64,000 nucleotides of DNA. Source: Malacoraja senta. Lineage: Eukaryota. Below the pieces are notes generated by a model, which ran no database searches, had not been told where the DNA came from, and saw nothing but the letters and a program-made list of their open reading frames with translations. The DNA is taken from assembly GCA_038087875.1 (NCBI GenBank), contig CM075988.1, positions 11,782,001-11,846,000 of the forward strand, read 5' to 3'. Positions 28,196-41,574 of the stretch are shown here, in pieces (positions within the stretch are counted from its first letter, which is position 1; each line of letters opens with the position of its first letter). The position numbers were made by a program, and so were the translations under genes.

Positions 28196-29432
28196 TGGAG
28201 GTAAATGGTTGAAGGTTGCGGGGGAGGGGTGGTGCTGTGTGGATGGAGGAAAAAGGGACTTCTTAGGATCAGCCTAAATGCATGGTCATTGGTTGGCTTG
28301 CATGTTAGGCCTGAGGGTCTATTTCCATTTTGCACAAATCTGTGACTCTACAAATTGGAAATAAGCATGAAAGTCACCCGAGGATAAACTGCATTATGAG
28401 CAAATTGGGTTGTCAGAGATAACTTCAAACAGTTCATATCAAATTGGCACAAACTCTGAAAATGTTTAAAAGGACCTCGAGTTTGCTTTGCACATTTGGC
28501 ATTTTCATCACTCAGCAATTTGATCCCCATACTCATCTCCTATTTGGTTGCATTAATTAGAGGCATAGTTATGACTAAAGGGAACTGCTTCAAACACTTC
28601 ATTAATCTCTGCATAGAAATGATATTCCAATGTTTTCTCAAGTTGTTTGCTTGTCACAAAAGGATTAGAAACACTGATGTCAGCTTTTTCAACTCGCACC
28701 TATTACCTGATCACTTATCAAGTAAAAACAAAATTCCGACTGAATTTTTTAAAGGATTGCCATAAAACAATAGCACACTGGAAATCTGGCTGTGTATAAA
28801 GTAAATATTGACTGAGATGGTTTGGGACCTCAGCTGGCTCACGAAAATACCATACTTCTATCTTCCTGATGACAATCTGCCCTCTGTCACAAAACGACAT
28901 AACAGTCAATCATCTGCTATCATTGCATTTGTTTCTCAGTTTTTATTACACAGCATTGCGCTGAAAATAATAACATGTTTTAAAAGCGGCACAGAGCCCT
29001 TGCTGCACAGAGCGGTTGTGATCTCTGTGTCTTTGTAATTTTCCTATATCGGTTGTGCTGACACCAACGTGACCTTTGTGGGGAAAGTCATCTAAACCCA
29101 GGTGTGACGACTGTGCCTCAGTGATAGATTAATCACCAGACGCTGCTCATTTCAGAATCATATAAAAGGGGCTTCTCATTATTCCTCTGTCAGGGCTGAC
29201 CACCTGAGTCTGACCTGTGCCACAACCGTCTACCGTTACATGATCCGTGCAATGATGCATCACCTGCCTGACCCATGCAATTATTTATTGCTTGTATTTG
29301 ATCATTTTGACAATCTGCTCTAAATAAGGTGGAGCAAGGAACAGTAGTTCTAACCCCACATCAAAATGGATTCATCAAACCCAGTCTAATGTTGTTGGAG
29401 ATGCTGCCAAACACTCTAGAGCAAACATGGGA

Positions 29433-29721
29433 TGTTTAGTTTAGAGATACAGTGCGAAAACGGGCCATTCGGCCCCCCCGAGTCCCCGCCAACCAACGAT
29501 CCCCGTACACAAGCACTATCCTACACTCGAGGGACAATTTACAGTCTTTGCTGAGCCAATTAAACTGCAAACCTGTACGTCTTTGGAGTGTGGGAGAAAA
29601 TCAGAGCACCCGGAGAAAACTCACGTGGTCACGGGGAGAACGTACAAACTTTGTACGGACCACACCCGTAGTCAGGATCTGCCGCTGTAAGGCAGCAACT
29701 CTACCAATGCACCACCATGCC
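29433..29721 (-). mobile_element. HE1-like V-SINE
   Basis: Same consensus as 24291-24604. Confidence 0.9.
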
Positions 29722-31719
29722 ATCTATGCGTACGAGGGGTTTAAAAAAAATGCCTTTTAATTTTAAATGCTGGTAGAAAGCAATTGGGTTTAGCTGGAAT
29801 AGAATAGATGATCAGTGTTTTACACAATGTTCTTCTATTATGATCCAATATTATCAAATCTGTGGTGGCAGAATTACATGCATAATTTTTATAAAGTTGT
29901 TGATTAAATTGCAATCATAGAAACCAGTTTTAATGTAAATCTATATTTGGCATAACATTCAAACTGGAATAATCTTGTTCAAATGTCTCATTAAAATGGT
30001 TAGTGTAATAACATGTTTTAATGTATTGTAAACATGGTATCGCTACAAAGGACGTAAGGCACATAATTGAATAGTCAAAAATGAAGGAATGTAATTGAAT
30101 TAGCTTTAACATCCTCTGGCAATGTTATTGTTTCTTACAGTAATCGTTATAATTGAGTAGATATCTCAGTATGGTTCCTTCTGTTGTTACCAGGAAATAT
30201 TATTTTTCACCTGATTTACTGGGGTTGCTCCATGGGGCAAGAACATAGAATTTTGTAAACTTTTAAAGTCTGCATATTCAAAATTTACATCAAGATCATG
30301 CTTTTGAAGAATCCCATAGTTAATTCACTTTCATCAGGCAATGCAATGTGCCACTTGTTACTGACATGTCACATTCCATCTATAAACACAGGTGAACTGC
30401 AAAGGTTATCGATATTAGATTTTTTTTTTGGAAAACATCATAATATTAGAAATTGTCTTAAAAATAGATAACATAATAGGTCAAACACTGACTTTTTTCC
30501 TGATGATTAGTGATCCCATTTCGACAATTAGAGTAACCCACTGAGTTACACCAGCTTTTTGTGTCTATCTTTGATTTAAACCAGCAGCTGCAGTTCCTTC
30601 CTACACATATAAAGAAATAAATCAGGCTTCCTACACATTTTATTTAACTTGGTATATTTCTGAAAAAGATATTGTTATTAAAATACCAATATTTGCAGCT
30701 ATGTACACAAAATGGTGTCAATCCAGTGTAATGTTATCCCATGAGGATAAATAATTTTGGACTTTAAATGTTTAGAAAATGACATTTTTGTTAGTAAGGG
30801 TGTAAATCCAAAGCCATTAAAAAGATCAGCTTGTGTCTTATATCACTATCACGGCCATTTGTTTGCAGATGAGTTGCCAGAAAAGGGTGTGAGATGCTAA
30901 AGGTCAGTGAAACCGATTCCATCTATGGCTACTAGATGGAGTGTGAGATCCGAGGCTGCATTGAAGGACTAGATGGATATAAACTACAAACTACAAAGGT
31001 GAACAATGAGTGCTTGTGACTTGAATTCAATGATTCTGTCTCTAGTGGTTGATACATAGGTGTGTTTTCTCGGAAACAAATTGTGTGCAGTTGGCTTTGT
31101 TCATTTACAACCTGCCTGCCTGAATTTTCTTGGTGAACTGGAATAGAAAATGTTCAGTTTTATGAGGACAATATTGGACAAGCACCCCGGAATTTCTGAA
31201 TTCAAATGCGGACATGAAAATTCACTCTTTACAATTCACGCATTCGCATGTAAACACATTCCAGTTAATTCCAGTTAACTCTTCATTATCAACTCGACCC
31301 CAGCCGACATTGGACCATTGTGGGCTCGACCTTTCCTGAGTCATCGGTGCAGGCTCTGCTTTGTTCTATACCTTCCCATACCTTCAGTGTCCCCATCTCT
31401 GACTCTGTTTGATGAAGTGTCTCGACCCGAAACGTCACCTATTCCTTTTTCTCCAGAGATGCTGCCTGACCTGCTGAGTTACTCCAGCATTTTGTGTCAA
31501 TCTCCAGTTAATTCTAATCTGCCTATGTGTTATTCCATTCCAACAAGTTGCCTTATCAGGTCATTTACATATCTAGAATAAAGATGATATCATCTTCCTG
31601 TGTTTTCACCACTTTGAACTACCTTGGTGGGGTCCCTCTTCATTGTGTCTGTTGTTTCCTTAACTGGTCTCCCCATCACATAACTACCTCTGGAACTGAT
31701 CAATTTCCTCAACCTCAAA

Positions 31720-31995
31720 TGGTAGACCTGTTGCCTCTCGGTACCAGAGAGCCGGGTTCAGTCCTGAGCTGTTGCCAGTGTGGAGTTTGCACACACTCCC
31801 TGTGACCACATAGGTTTCATCTAGATACTTTTCCTCCCACATCCCAAAGACATGCTGGTTAATTGGCCACTGTAGATTGTGTGTAGAAAGTGAATACCAA
31901 AGTGGGATAACATATAGCTAGTGTGGACAGGTGACCGATAGTCAGAGTGGACCCGGTGGGTCATAGGGCATGTGCCCTTGCTGTACATTTCAATC
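31720..31995 (+). mobile_element. HE1-like V-SINE (diverged)
   Basis: CCGGGTTCAGTCCTG, GGAGTTTGCAC, TTTCCTCCCACATCCCAAAGAC. Confidence 0.8.
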
Positions 31996-32254
31996 AATCA
32001 AACATTCTAATTAATGTTCCTGCTGTGCATAAAATCTGGGCACAGATTCTCATGTTGGTAAAGCAAGGAGACCAAAAGAAAATAGCTAATCCAGGAAGAA
32101 TGTTTCTATTTAAAGCTAGCTTGTATTTTAAGAGGCTACAACAATGGAAAATAGAGCGATGAGTTTTTGGACTCCATGCGATGTATGAGGTTGCAGCCCC
32201 GTTTTGAACACTTGAAGGGGCCGCTCCTCAAATTCTGGTTATACTTCAGCCTCA

Positions 32255-34507
32255 ATACCTGAAACACTAGCGGAATCAACGATCATATTAATACTTAAAA
32301 AAGATAAAAATATAGAAGAACCAGGATCATATAGAGCTATTGCTTTGTTAAATACGGATCAGAAAATAATAGCAAAAACATTAGCCAATAGATTAAGCAA
32401 GTATGTTAGTAGACTAATACATGAGGATCAAACAGGATTTATACCTAAGAGACACTCATTTAATAATTTGAGACGTTTGCTTAACATAATGCATTCACAT
32501 AAATCTTATGACGAAGAGTTAGCTATCATCTCACTGGACGCAGAAAAAGCGTTTGATCAAGTAGAATGGGACTATATGATCAAAGTATTGCAAAAATTCC
32601 AATTGGGAGAAAACTTTATTGCATGGATAAAACTACTATATAACAAACCTACGGCTAGAATACTAACTAATAATATATTATCTTCAAAATTCGAATTATC
32701 TAGGGGCAACAGACAAGGATGTTCACTATCACCGCTGTTATTTGCTTTGGTAATTGAACCCCTTGCTGAAAAAATAAGAACACACTCGAATATTCACGGT
32801 TATAACACAAAATATTCAAACAACAAACTATCCCTATATGCTGATGATGTACTACTGTACATCACAAAACCACAAATTAGTATACCAAATATATTAAACT
32901 TAATTGAGGACTTTGGATCCTTTTCAGGATATAGAATAAATTGGAACAAAAGTGAAATTATGTCGATTAAACCAAAAGACTCAACACATCTCAGGAAATT
33001 CCCTTTTAAAATAGCTATGGAAAAATTCAAATATTTAGGAATTGAGATTACTAGAAATTACCATGATATGTTTAAAGCTAATTATAATCCCCTACTTAAG
33101 AAATTAAATAATCTGATTAAATTTTGGAAAACACTTCCGATGTCCTTAATAGGTAGGATAAATGCTATAAAAATGATTTTCTTACCACAAATCCTTTACC
33201 TATTTCAATCAATACCTATATATCTCCCAAAAAAGTTTTTCAAAAAACTGGACTCAGACATTACAAATTTTATATGGGATTACAAATCCCACAGAATACA
33301 AAGAACACACCTTAACAAACGAAAAGAGTTGGGGGGTCTAGCGCTCCCTAACTTTATGTATTATAACTGGGCAGTAAATATTAAAAATATGATTCACCTG
33401 CTGGACAATTCTGCCCAGCAGGTGGACTGGATTATAATGGAAAAAGGGGATTGCTCCCCGAATAATATAGGAGCGATTATTCTCTCTCCAATAAATTTGA
33501 ATAATAAAAATTATAATAAAAATCCAATTATATATAGCACTATTAGAACATGGAAGCAAATAAAACAGAATCTAAAATTAAGAAACCTATCTCTCTTAAT
33601 ACCAATAGTCAATAACCCATCGTTTAAACCTTCAATCATAGATAAAGCATTTATACAATGGGAAAGAATGGGAATTAAAACGCTCGAAGATCTGTATGAA
33701 TTAGAAAAATTACTATCATTCCAACAACTACAACTGAAATATAATTTGAAAAATAATCAATATTTTAAATATATACAAATCTGTGACTATTTGAAAACAC
33801 ACACAAAAGATTATTATAATATGCCTTCCGACTTACTAGATGAAGCAATGAAGACAAAGGCGGAATCAGTTAATTTAATATCATACTTATATAATATCAT
33901 CTTAAATATAGAAATACCCACAACAGATGGAATTAGAAGAGATTGGGAACAAGATCTAGGTATAAAAATTTCAAAAGAGAGTTGGGATAATCATTTATTA
34001 CAGGTGCATAAATGCTCGATCAACGTACGACATACGCTTATCCAATTTAAAACATTACATAGATTATATTATTCAAAAACCAAACTAAATAAAATCTTTC
34101 CTAACGTCTCACCAATCTGTGATAAATGTATATGTCAAGAAGCTACCATAGCACATTCTTTTGTTTTTTGTACAAAAATCCAAAAATTCTGGTTTGAAAT
34201 ATTTGATATTTTTTCAAAATTAATCAAAATAAAACTGGTACCAAAACCAGAATGGATTATTTTTGGAATATCGGAAGGTATTCCTGAATTAAACGTGTAT
34301 CAGAAGAATTTACTCAATTATGGGCTAATAATGGGAAAAAAGCTTATACTTAAATTCTGGAAAAATGCGCCCACACCAACAATAAAAATGTGGACATCAA
34401 ATATGTTGGAAACATTACATCTGGAAGAGATGAGATTCCTCCTAGTAGGTAAAGTAGATCAATTTCAAAAGACGTGGTCTACGTTTTTGGACCTATTACA
34501 AGCATGA
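32255..34507 (+). CDS. L1 ORF2 fragment: reverse transcriptase plus C-terminal Cys/His zinc-knuckle region (endonuclease lost by 5' truncation)
   Basis: Frame open from the 5' junction (IPETLAESTIILILKK..GSYRAIALLN) through DQTGF, SLDAEKAFD, RQGCSLSPLLF, LYADD, KYLGI and CDKC..H..C to TGA at 34507. Confidence 0.95.
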   Translation: MPETLAESTIILILKKDKNIEEPGSYRAIALLNTDQKIIAKTLANRLSKYVSRLIHEDQTGFIPKRHSFNNLRRLLNIMHSHKSYDEELAIISLDAEKAFDQVEWDYMIKVLQKFQLGENFIAWIKLLYNKPTARILTNNILSSKFELSRGNRQGCSLSPLLFALVIEPLAEKIRTHSNIHGYNTKYSNNKLSLYADDVLLYITKPQISIPNILNLIEDFGSFSGYRINWNKSEIMSIKPKDSTHLRKFPFKIAMEKFKYLGIEITRNYHDMFKANYNPLLKKLNNLIKFWKTLPMSLIGRINAIKMIFLPQILYLFQSIPIYLPKKFFKKLDSDITNFIWDYKSHRIQRTHLNKRKELGGLALPNFMYYNWAVNIKNMIHLLDNSAQQVDWIIMEKGDCSPNNIGAIILSPINLNNKNYNKNPIIYSTIRTWKQIKQNLKLRNLSLLIPIVNNPSFKPSIIDKAFIQWERMGIKTLEDLYELEKLLSFQQLQLKYNLKNNQYFKYIQICDYLKTHTKDYYNMPSDLLDEAMKTKAESVNLISYLYNIILNIEIPTTDGIRRDWEQDLGIKISKESWDNHLLQVHKCSINVRHTLIQFKTLHRLYYSKTKLNKIFPNVSPICDKCICQEATIAHSFVFCTKIQKFWFEIFDIFSKLIKIKLVPKPEWIIFGISEGIPELNVYQKNLLNYGLIMGKKLILKFWKNAPTPTIKMWTSNMLETLHLEEMRFLLVGKVDQFQKTWSTFLDLLQA

Positions 34508-34819
34508 GGTGCAATAGTAATTTAGAAAAACAAATAAATAAATAAAAGGTATCTGGACCTGGTAATGGGAGGTAAAATAAAAACAGACTTGGTTGGTAGT
34601 TCCTTCTCTATGAAGTATGGTATAAGAGTTATAATAGAGCGATTGTTCCTTCTTTCTTTCTCTTTTTTTTTCTAGGGTCTATTTTCTAACTTTACTTCCT
34701 TCTCTAACCTCTTCTCTAAGGGGCTTTCTTTTCCCAACACTCTTTTGCACTTCACAACCTTTGCGCACTTTCTTCACTTTTCTTACTTCTTTCTTTTTCT
34801 TTCTTAAAAAAAAAAAAGG

Positions 34820-34848
<29 letters not shown>
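32255..34848 (+). mobile_element. Young 5'-truncated L1-clade LINE (ORF2 3' part, 3' UTR, poly(A) tail)
   Basis: 14-bp TSD ATACTTCAGCCTCA at 32241-32254 and 34849-34862; A tail 34806-34848; uninterrupted A-rich RT ORF. Confidence 0.97.
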
Positions 34849-34852
<4 letters not shown>

Positions 34853-36479
34853 TTCAGCCTCAGTCGGGTGACCCTTGGGCACCCGGTGTGAGGTGGATGG
34901 GTTGGTCGGACGATCTTTCATGGGTCATGGCAGCAGGCAGCTGGGGGCTCCACCCAGGCCGACTACCCGCCCCTCTTTCAAGCTTACGTCCATGTCTGGG
35001 TGTCCCTGCAGAAGGAGCATGTGGTGCCCATGAGCACCTTGGCTGCTTTCCTGAACCGCTGCGCATCCGAGGAGCTTGAATGCTTCTCAGAAGAAAGTAA
35101 TAACGTTTTGATTTGATACTTACATGGATGTCCCTTTTTTAGATAGATGTCTCCCTAGGGTCATGTTTTCATTGACTTTGTAACTGTAAATAAACTTCTG
35201 TTTTTAAAAAAAGTTTCTGGACAGAAAGAAACTGATTATTATCAGCTTAAATTACATGTAATGCCTAAGGAAATATTGCCCAAAATAGTTATTACGTTTG
35301 ATTACCTAGTGCACCTTAGTGGGTCAAAGGACACAGATTAAACAGGCCGGTAGGGAACTAGCCTTAAAAATAATTCTGTCGCCGACTACATTCTTTAGCA
35401 GATTTGTGTTGTCTTTCAGACATCTTTTAGACCATCAACACCTAAAGGTTCTTGCAAATGAAAGTTGGAAAATCCATAGTCAGCACGAAACTCTACCCAG
35501 AAACTTTTCATCTCCTCTCATGGTTGTTCATTGAGGCTGGAATTAGCAGTATTGAATCTCTGCATCCTGTTTCACCCATTGGCTCTGAAATGGTTTATTT
35601 CCAATGTTGAAAAATTATTCTTAATTCGATATCTTCCTGAATTTTATTTATGCTTCACTGTCCTCCAGACTTGATATCAGGTTTTTTTTGTGTGCTTTTC
35701 CAATTGTATTTCATGAAAGGCAAATCACTGTTTTCCAGTAACTACCTATTCTTGGCATCATGTTCGGCACAGATATTGTGTGCCAGAGAGCCTGTTCCCT
35801 CTGCCGTACCCTTCCCCCTTCAGTGTTTTCCTTTGTCTTGCACAAACTATCCTCTACATTAGAGGAAGGAGCAATTGTATTCAAGTTAAATTGTCCCTGC
35901 ATACAATGTAGTTGTTGATCACTACCTGTGGATTGGTTTTTGACATATTGCAGAACTTTTTTGCCGATTTATCCAGCTTTTTTTCCGAGTTCTTCAGTCT
36001 TCTGATTCTTGCATCTGGAGTTAAGTTGAAAGAATCAAAATACTGCTTAACCAACTACATGAATCAAAAGTTGGGATAAACTCCAAAATATATTTTTTTG
36101 CATTCCCAGAACTATTCCCTGCCTAGTTTGCAGTGCCTAAGTTCAATACTATTGATTGTTTCAAGAGAAATACCTGCAAGGGTTTCCTTTGATGGCATTG
36201 ATCAGAGATCTAGACTTGATCTAGCAGAGTGCCTGCAATATGAATTCATGCGAAACAATTTATTTCCCCATCAACAGCATGATACCCAGATGATTTAATT
36301 AGCTGATAGTTTAATTCAACTGTATTCACTGATTCTGGACCTTACCGCAGGCACACAAAATAACACAGCTAACAGGAGTTTAATAGACATAACTTGTCCT
36401 TCCATTTTGTAAGAATCTTCCATGGTTCAGCTCAGAAGGCAAGTATTGTTCAAGAAATATTGTTTGTGTTTTAGTCATG

Positions 36480-37228
36480 TCTTCCTGGAACAAGAAGGCT
36501 GAGGGGTGATCTGATGGAAATATATTACAAGAAGCTTACATAGAGTAGATATTTAATCTCTTCCTCCGGTTGGGGTACCAAAACCATGAGGGGAAAGGTT
36601 TGATGTGACAGGAAGGAGCTTTAAAGGGGATTTGAGAGGTAAGTTGTAACCAGAGAGTGGTTGATACTGTATATGGAACACACTACCAGAGGAGGTGGTG
36701 GAATGAGATACAATTCCAATATCTAAGAGACATTTCAACACCTAATCAGTGTCATGGAGTCATACAGAGATAAGCATGGAAACATATCCTTCGGCCCATT
36801 GAGTCTGCATCAGCAACTTATTTTTGTTTGCACTCATACGAGATTAATACCATATTTTATTCTCCCTATAATCTCTTTAATTCCCTCCAGATTCTTCCAC
36901 CTGCCTGTACACTAGTGGCAATTTACAGTGGCCAATTATTCTACAAACAGCTCGTCTTTGTGATGTGGGAGGAAACCGGAGCACCTGAGGATGATCACAG
37001 GGAGAACATGCAAACTCGACAAAGGCAGCACCCAAGGCTGGGATTGAGCCTGGGTTTCTGGCACTGTGAGCGAGCAGCACTACTAACTTTCCCAACATGC
37101 CGCCGTTGAAATAAGACAAAGTAGAATATGATTCGACTGACTACACACAGGGTTAATGGCCAAAAAGATTAGCGTGGACATGGTAGACTGAAGGGCCTGT
37201 TTCTGTACTGTACGACTCCATAACTCTA
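36480..37228 (+). mobile_element. Degraded CR1 3' fragment split by a SINE
   Basis: RRLRGDL motif near 36494; tail resumes at ~37150-37228. Confidence 0.7.
36750..37106 (-). mobile_element. HE1-like V-SINE
   Basis: Core and tail on the minus strand. Confidence 0.8.
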
Positions 37229-37589
37229 TTTGGCATCAAGTTCATCTGGCAGGAGATATTTATCATCCTCTAGTCCCATTTATATCATTTTCATTACGAG
37301 AGCAACAAGTCAATGGGAGGCAAGAAGCAGTAGAGCTCCATCCTCATAATTTGATGTCATAAGATCATGATCTTATGATCCTATGACAAGAAACAGTAGT
37401 AGAGCTCAATTCTCATAATTTGATGTCACTCCTCAAACCACAAGCTCAGGAAATGTATAATCAATAAAAATAGAACATTAGATTAACACTTTTTAAAGTA
37501 TTACCAAATTATTACTCCATCACTCTGAATTGTTACTACTTAAATGCACAGCCATTCAGGCAGCATTGATGTGAACAGCGAGAGTGTGT

Positions 37590-37621
<32 letters not shown>
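37590..37621. repeat. (GA)n microsatellite
   Basis: Seen directly. Confidence 0.95.
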
Positions 37622-39070
37622 TCTTCTCCATCTACCTAAAGTTAAGCATTTCCTTATTTTGTCAATGTAATGGAAGGAAATTCTAAATGCTCCAATATTT
37701 TCCCAGGCTTGCCGTAAGTAACCCATTCATTCTGTGCTTGTCAATAAAGTAATATGTGTGATGATTTAACAAAATATATTATTTTTTACTGAGTGATAAT
37801 GAGAATACTTCACCACACTGATGATCTATAAGCAAAATACTGCAGATAATGGTAATCTGTAATTAAAATATAAAATTATAAATATGCATTGCAGCACATA
37901 CATTACCTGTGAAGAGTGAGGCAGAATTAATATTTCAGATTGATTACCTTTAATAAGAACACAAAGTCGTCATGAAATGTTAGCTCAATTTATCTCTCTC
38001 CACCTGTCCTTCCAAGCATTTACAGTTTTTTTGTTAATTTAAGGAGATAAACAAACTTAATTAAAATCAGTTTGGTCTTAATAAGAAAGAACTTGAATTT
38101 AGATTAAGTTACCTCACCACAAAAATAAAACCGCAAGTGTTGTTTTAGTTAAATTGTTTGTGACCAAAACCAAAGAATAATTCTGAAGGAATTTCTGAGT
38201 AAACATTTGAGAGGGCCAGAGAAACACAAGACATCTGATAAAATCAATCATTTTTTATTATTTCCCATCTTTGACTCCATCACCTTAAGATGTACTTATG
38301 TAATCTCCTGGTGTGCCCGTTTCTTCAGATGCAAGCGTAGGACGACATGGAGCATGGACTTTTTCAATAACTTGTTATGTAACAAGATTTCTTTTGTTAT
38401 GGAACAGGTCATTGAAAAAGTTGAATTACTTTCCAACAAACCCAGCTCTCACAAAGAAATTCAGTCTTAAGAAACAGTAAAACGAGACCTTGTTATTAAT
38501 TCTATGCACACACGGAGACACAAATGAGGTGCAGTGCACCTTTGTTGGAATGTGGCTTTTCCAAAATTGGTTACAAATCAGTGCATCAGTTATGGAAGAT
38601 AGATTATTATAAAACAGTACTGAGTGACAGCTGAAAAGATTACACTGTTCTTGGCACCGTTAGGTGCAATGTGCTGTCTAATTTATTTTCGTGATTTTAA
38701 ATAATGTCATAAAATATTACCTGTGGATCCAGACCTATACACAGGTCCATGCATTTGGGGGGGAATGAGGTGACGGGGGTGGGGGGCTGGCAGACATTTG
38801 CTGATTTTTAAATAAAAGGGAAAGAGGTACTCATCAAATATTGGCATTTCATTCTATTGACTATTACTTGCATCCCTGTTTCTAATGGAGCTTTTGAATG
38901 AGTCACTTAGTTTACAATTAGATTGGACTAACCTGCTTCTCACCAAAGACCTACCTTGCCTTTTTTTTGGTGTGCTGTTTCATGACCAAGTTAACTTTGA
39001 TCCAAACTAAACCATGTGAGCTGATGTTTCTAATCCAAGATCATACCTGATCTTGAATAGCTGGGTGAGA

Positions 39071-39296
39071 ACTATCTGTACGGGGTTTGAACGTTCTCCC
39101 TGTGACCGCGTAGGTTTTCTCCGGGAGCTCCGGTTACATCCCATTCTCCAAAGACGTACAGGTTTTCAGGTTAATTGGTTTTAGTAAAGCTGTAAAATTG
39201 TCCCTAGTGTGTGGGTTAATGCTGTTCTACAGGATGATCGTTGGTCGGCATGGACTCGGTGGGCCAGAGTGCCTGTTTCCATGTTGTATCTCTAAA
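39071..39296 (+). mobile_element. HE1-like V-SINE, 5' truncated
   Basis: Core plus GCCTGTTTCCATGTTGTATCTCTAAA tail. Confidence 0.85.
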
Positions 39297-39569
39297 TGAA
39301 AAAATATTTTTCACTTTGTTTTTGTCTGCCAGTCCTTGTTCTTTGGCTCTGAACTTCCACTTAAAATGCCAAACAGCAATGCCAGCATATGTGCACTTAA
39401 CTTGCCACCCGGTCAGGATTCCTGGGCAGAGACTGAAGTGCTGCCATCCATTCAGCTGAGTGAGAAACCCAGGATATCTGCACTCAATTGGACAGTGAGC
39501 ATCCAGTCTCATAGACTGATGTGTCTGCCCCCTAAGCCACAGTCATATCACAACTAGCACAGATTGATT

Positions 39570-39815
39570 GATTGAAATATATAGCATGGAAATGGGCCTT
39601 TTGGACCACTGAGTCCACGCTGACCATCATTCACACTATTTGTATGTTATCCCACTTTCCCATTCACTCGCTACACACTCTGGGCAAGGTACAGAGACTA
39701 ATTAACCTACAAACACATACATCTTTGGGATGTAAAAGGAAACCGGAGTACTTGGAAGAAAACCAGGTGGTCACAGATTGAATGTGCAAAATCCACACAG
39801 ACCGCATCCGAGGTC
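39570..39815 (-). mobile_element. HE1-like V-SINE (partial)
   Basis: Core and tail on the minus strand. Confidence 0.8.
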
Positions 39816-40450
39816 ATGACATGTGGGAAAAATCAAAAGGATGAGTAAACTTCTCTTTACTCTCATTTCATTGCTTTAAGTATATCTGCATGTTTTTTTT
39901 TAATTTCTATGTTAGAATAGGTCCATGTCAATGTAATTTTGATTGTCCATGTCAAAAGCATTCACAAATGGTCATGACAGGATTGGCAACCAATTGCCTA
40001 GAGTGAGAGTTTCACAAGCTGTTGAAATTGTTCTGGGAGTATAACTAGCCACATATGGTCTTGTGCTGCTCTGGAATGGTCTAATGAATGGGGAGCGGGA
40101 TTCCCAATGGAAGCCAGCAACTGCAATCATGCAAGAAGAAACAATGTGGTCCAAGGTACTTGGACACACGACAAGCGAGTTTGGAATCATCTGCTCTATT
40201 CACACATACTTCCCTTAGTTTGCCTCACAGGTAGGTGTTTGAAGAGTGGAAGGTAGCGCTGTATGGGAGGAGAAAAGTTAGGGAGTTGGGTTTCATTTGG
40301 TGATTAAGATGCATTCTAAAGGTGTTACACAATTGAGACGGGATATATTGCCTTTTTCTATGATTTTTATGTATGTGGTTTGGCCACTACCCATTTTGTA
40401 AATAAGTATAAAAAAAGAGAATGCTGGAAATCTGAAATATAAAACAAAAT

Positions 40451-40670
40451 AGACACATAAAGTTGGAGTAACTCAGTGGGACAGGCACCATCTCTGAAGA
40501 GAAGGAATGGATGACGTTTCAGGTTGAGACCCTTCATCAGACAGAAGGGTCTCGACCCGAAACGTCACCCTATCCTTCTCTCCAGGGATGCTGCCTGTCC
40601 CGCTGAGTTACTCCACCTTTTTGTGCCTATCTTCGGTTTAAACCAGCATCTGCAGTTCCTTCCTACCTAC
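40451..40670 (+). mobile_element. Fold-back Penelope-like element
   Basis: Perfect 14-bp TSD ATATAAAACAAAAT at 40437-40450 and 40671-40684; core motif on both strands. Confidence 0.88.
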
Positions 40671-41574
40671 ATATAAAACAAAATGCTGGAAAGACTCGAA
40701 CATCAGGTAACATCTATGGAAAGTTTAACAGAACCATCCCTTTGTCTGTGACCTGAAATGTTGAATTTTTCATAAATGCTGCCCTTGTTTCTTGCATTTT
40801 CAATTTTTATTTAACATTTTAGTAAAGTTCAGTGATTTTTTTCCCCATTGCTTTTGCTCTGGAAGGAAAAGGTCAACTTTCTTTAGTCTTTGATGCTCTT
40901 TTGCTTTTATGAATGCAGATAGGTTTTTGTGATTTAATAAGTAAACTGCACATGATGCAAATGTGAAGTCGTATTCTTTCTAATCATTGAATCCTCTTAT
41001 GATTTAATCAACATTTTCATTTCATATCTATTTCATTAACTTTGCTAATTGCTTTTCATCAAAATGGTCGATGCAAATCCCTTTCTAAGATTGCATTTAT
41101 GAAGGAAACTCCACAGACTCTACGAATGATTTTATTGCATTTGTGAAAAGTTGTAGGTGTTATAAATGACATTTACCGTGTATTTGCATACAGATATAAA
41201 CTCTCTTCCAAACCCGTGCCTGAAACTTTGTTCTCTTTATGATAAGTTGTATGTTTTTTCCATCAATCACCAATTTTCACAACCCATTACTTTAAAAACA
41301 GCAGAAAATCTTGAAGAAACCCTGCTGAACTCCATTAGAAATATATTTTCAGTTGTCATAAGTTAGGGATTGGCTTTGGCACAGAAACAGGAGGGTCACC
41401 TTTGATCAGACGGCAAGCTGTGCCAACATTTGACCTCTGGTTTCCCAATGAGGTACTGAAGGTGTGATATTGTATAGAAAATAACTTAAACTGAGGAGAC
41501 ATTTGTTGTCATGGATGTTCCTGTGGCACGCTACAAGGAAGTGCACGGTTGTTTTCTCAATATTCTGGGCAAAG

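Larger units (their letters stand above)
32165..35212 (+). mobile_element. Old Tx1-clade LINE 3' end, split by the L1 insertion (pieces ~32165-32254 and 34863-35212)
   Basis: Joined flanks translate, with frameshifts and a stop, as CMRLQPRFEHLKGPLLKFWLYFS..GHPV..DYPPLFQAYVHVWVSLQKEH..TLAAFLNRCASEELEC..NNVLI*, resembling Tx1 ORF2 C-termini; AATAAA and A-run near 35189-35212. Confidence 0.75.
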
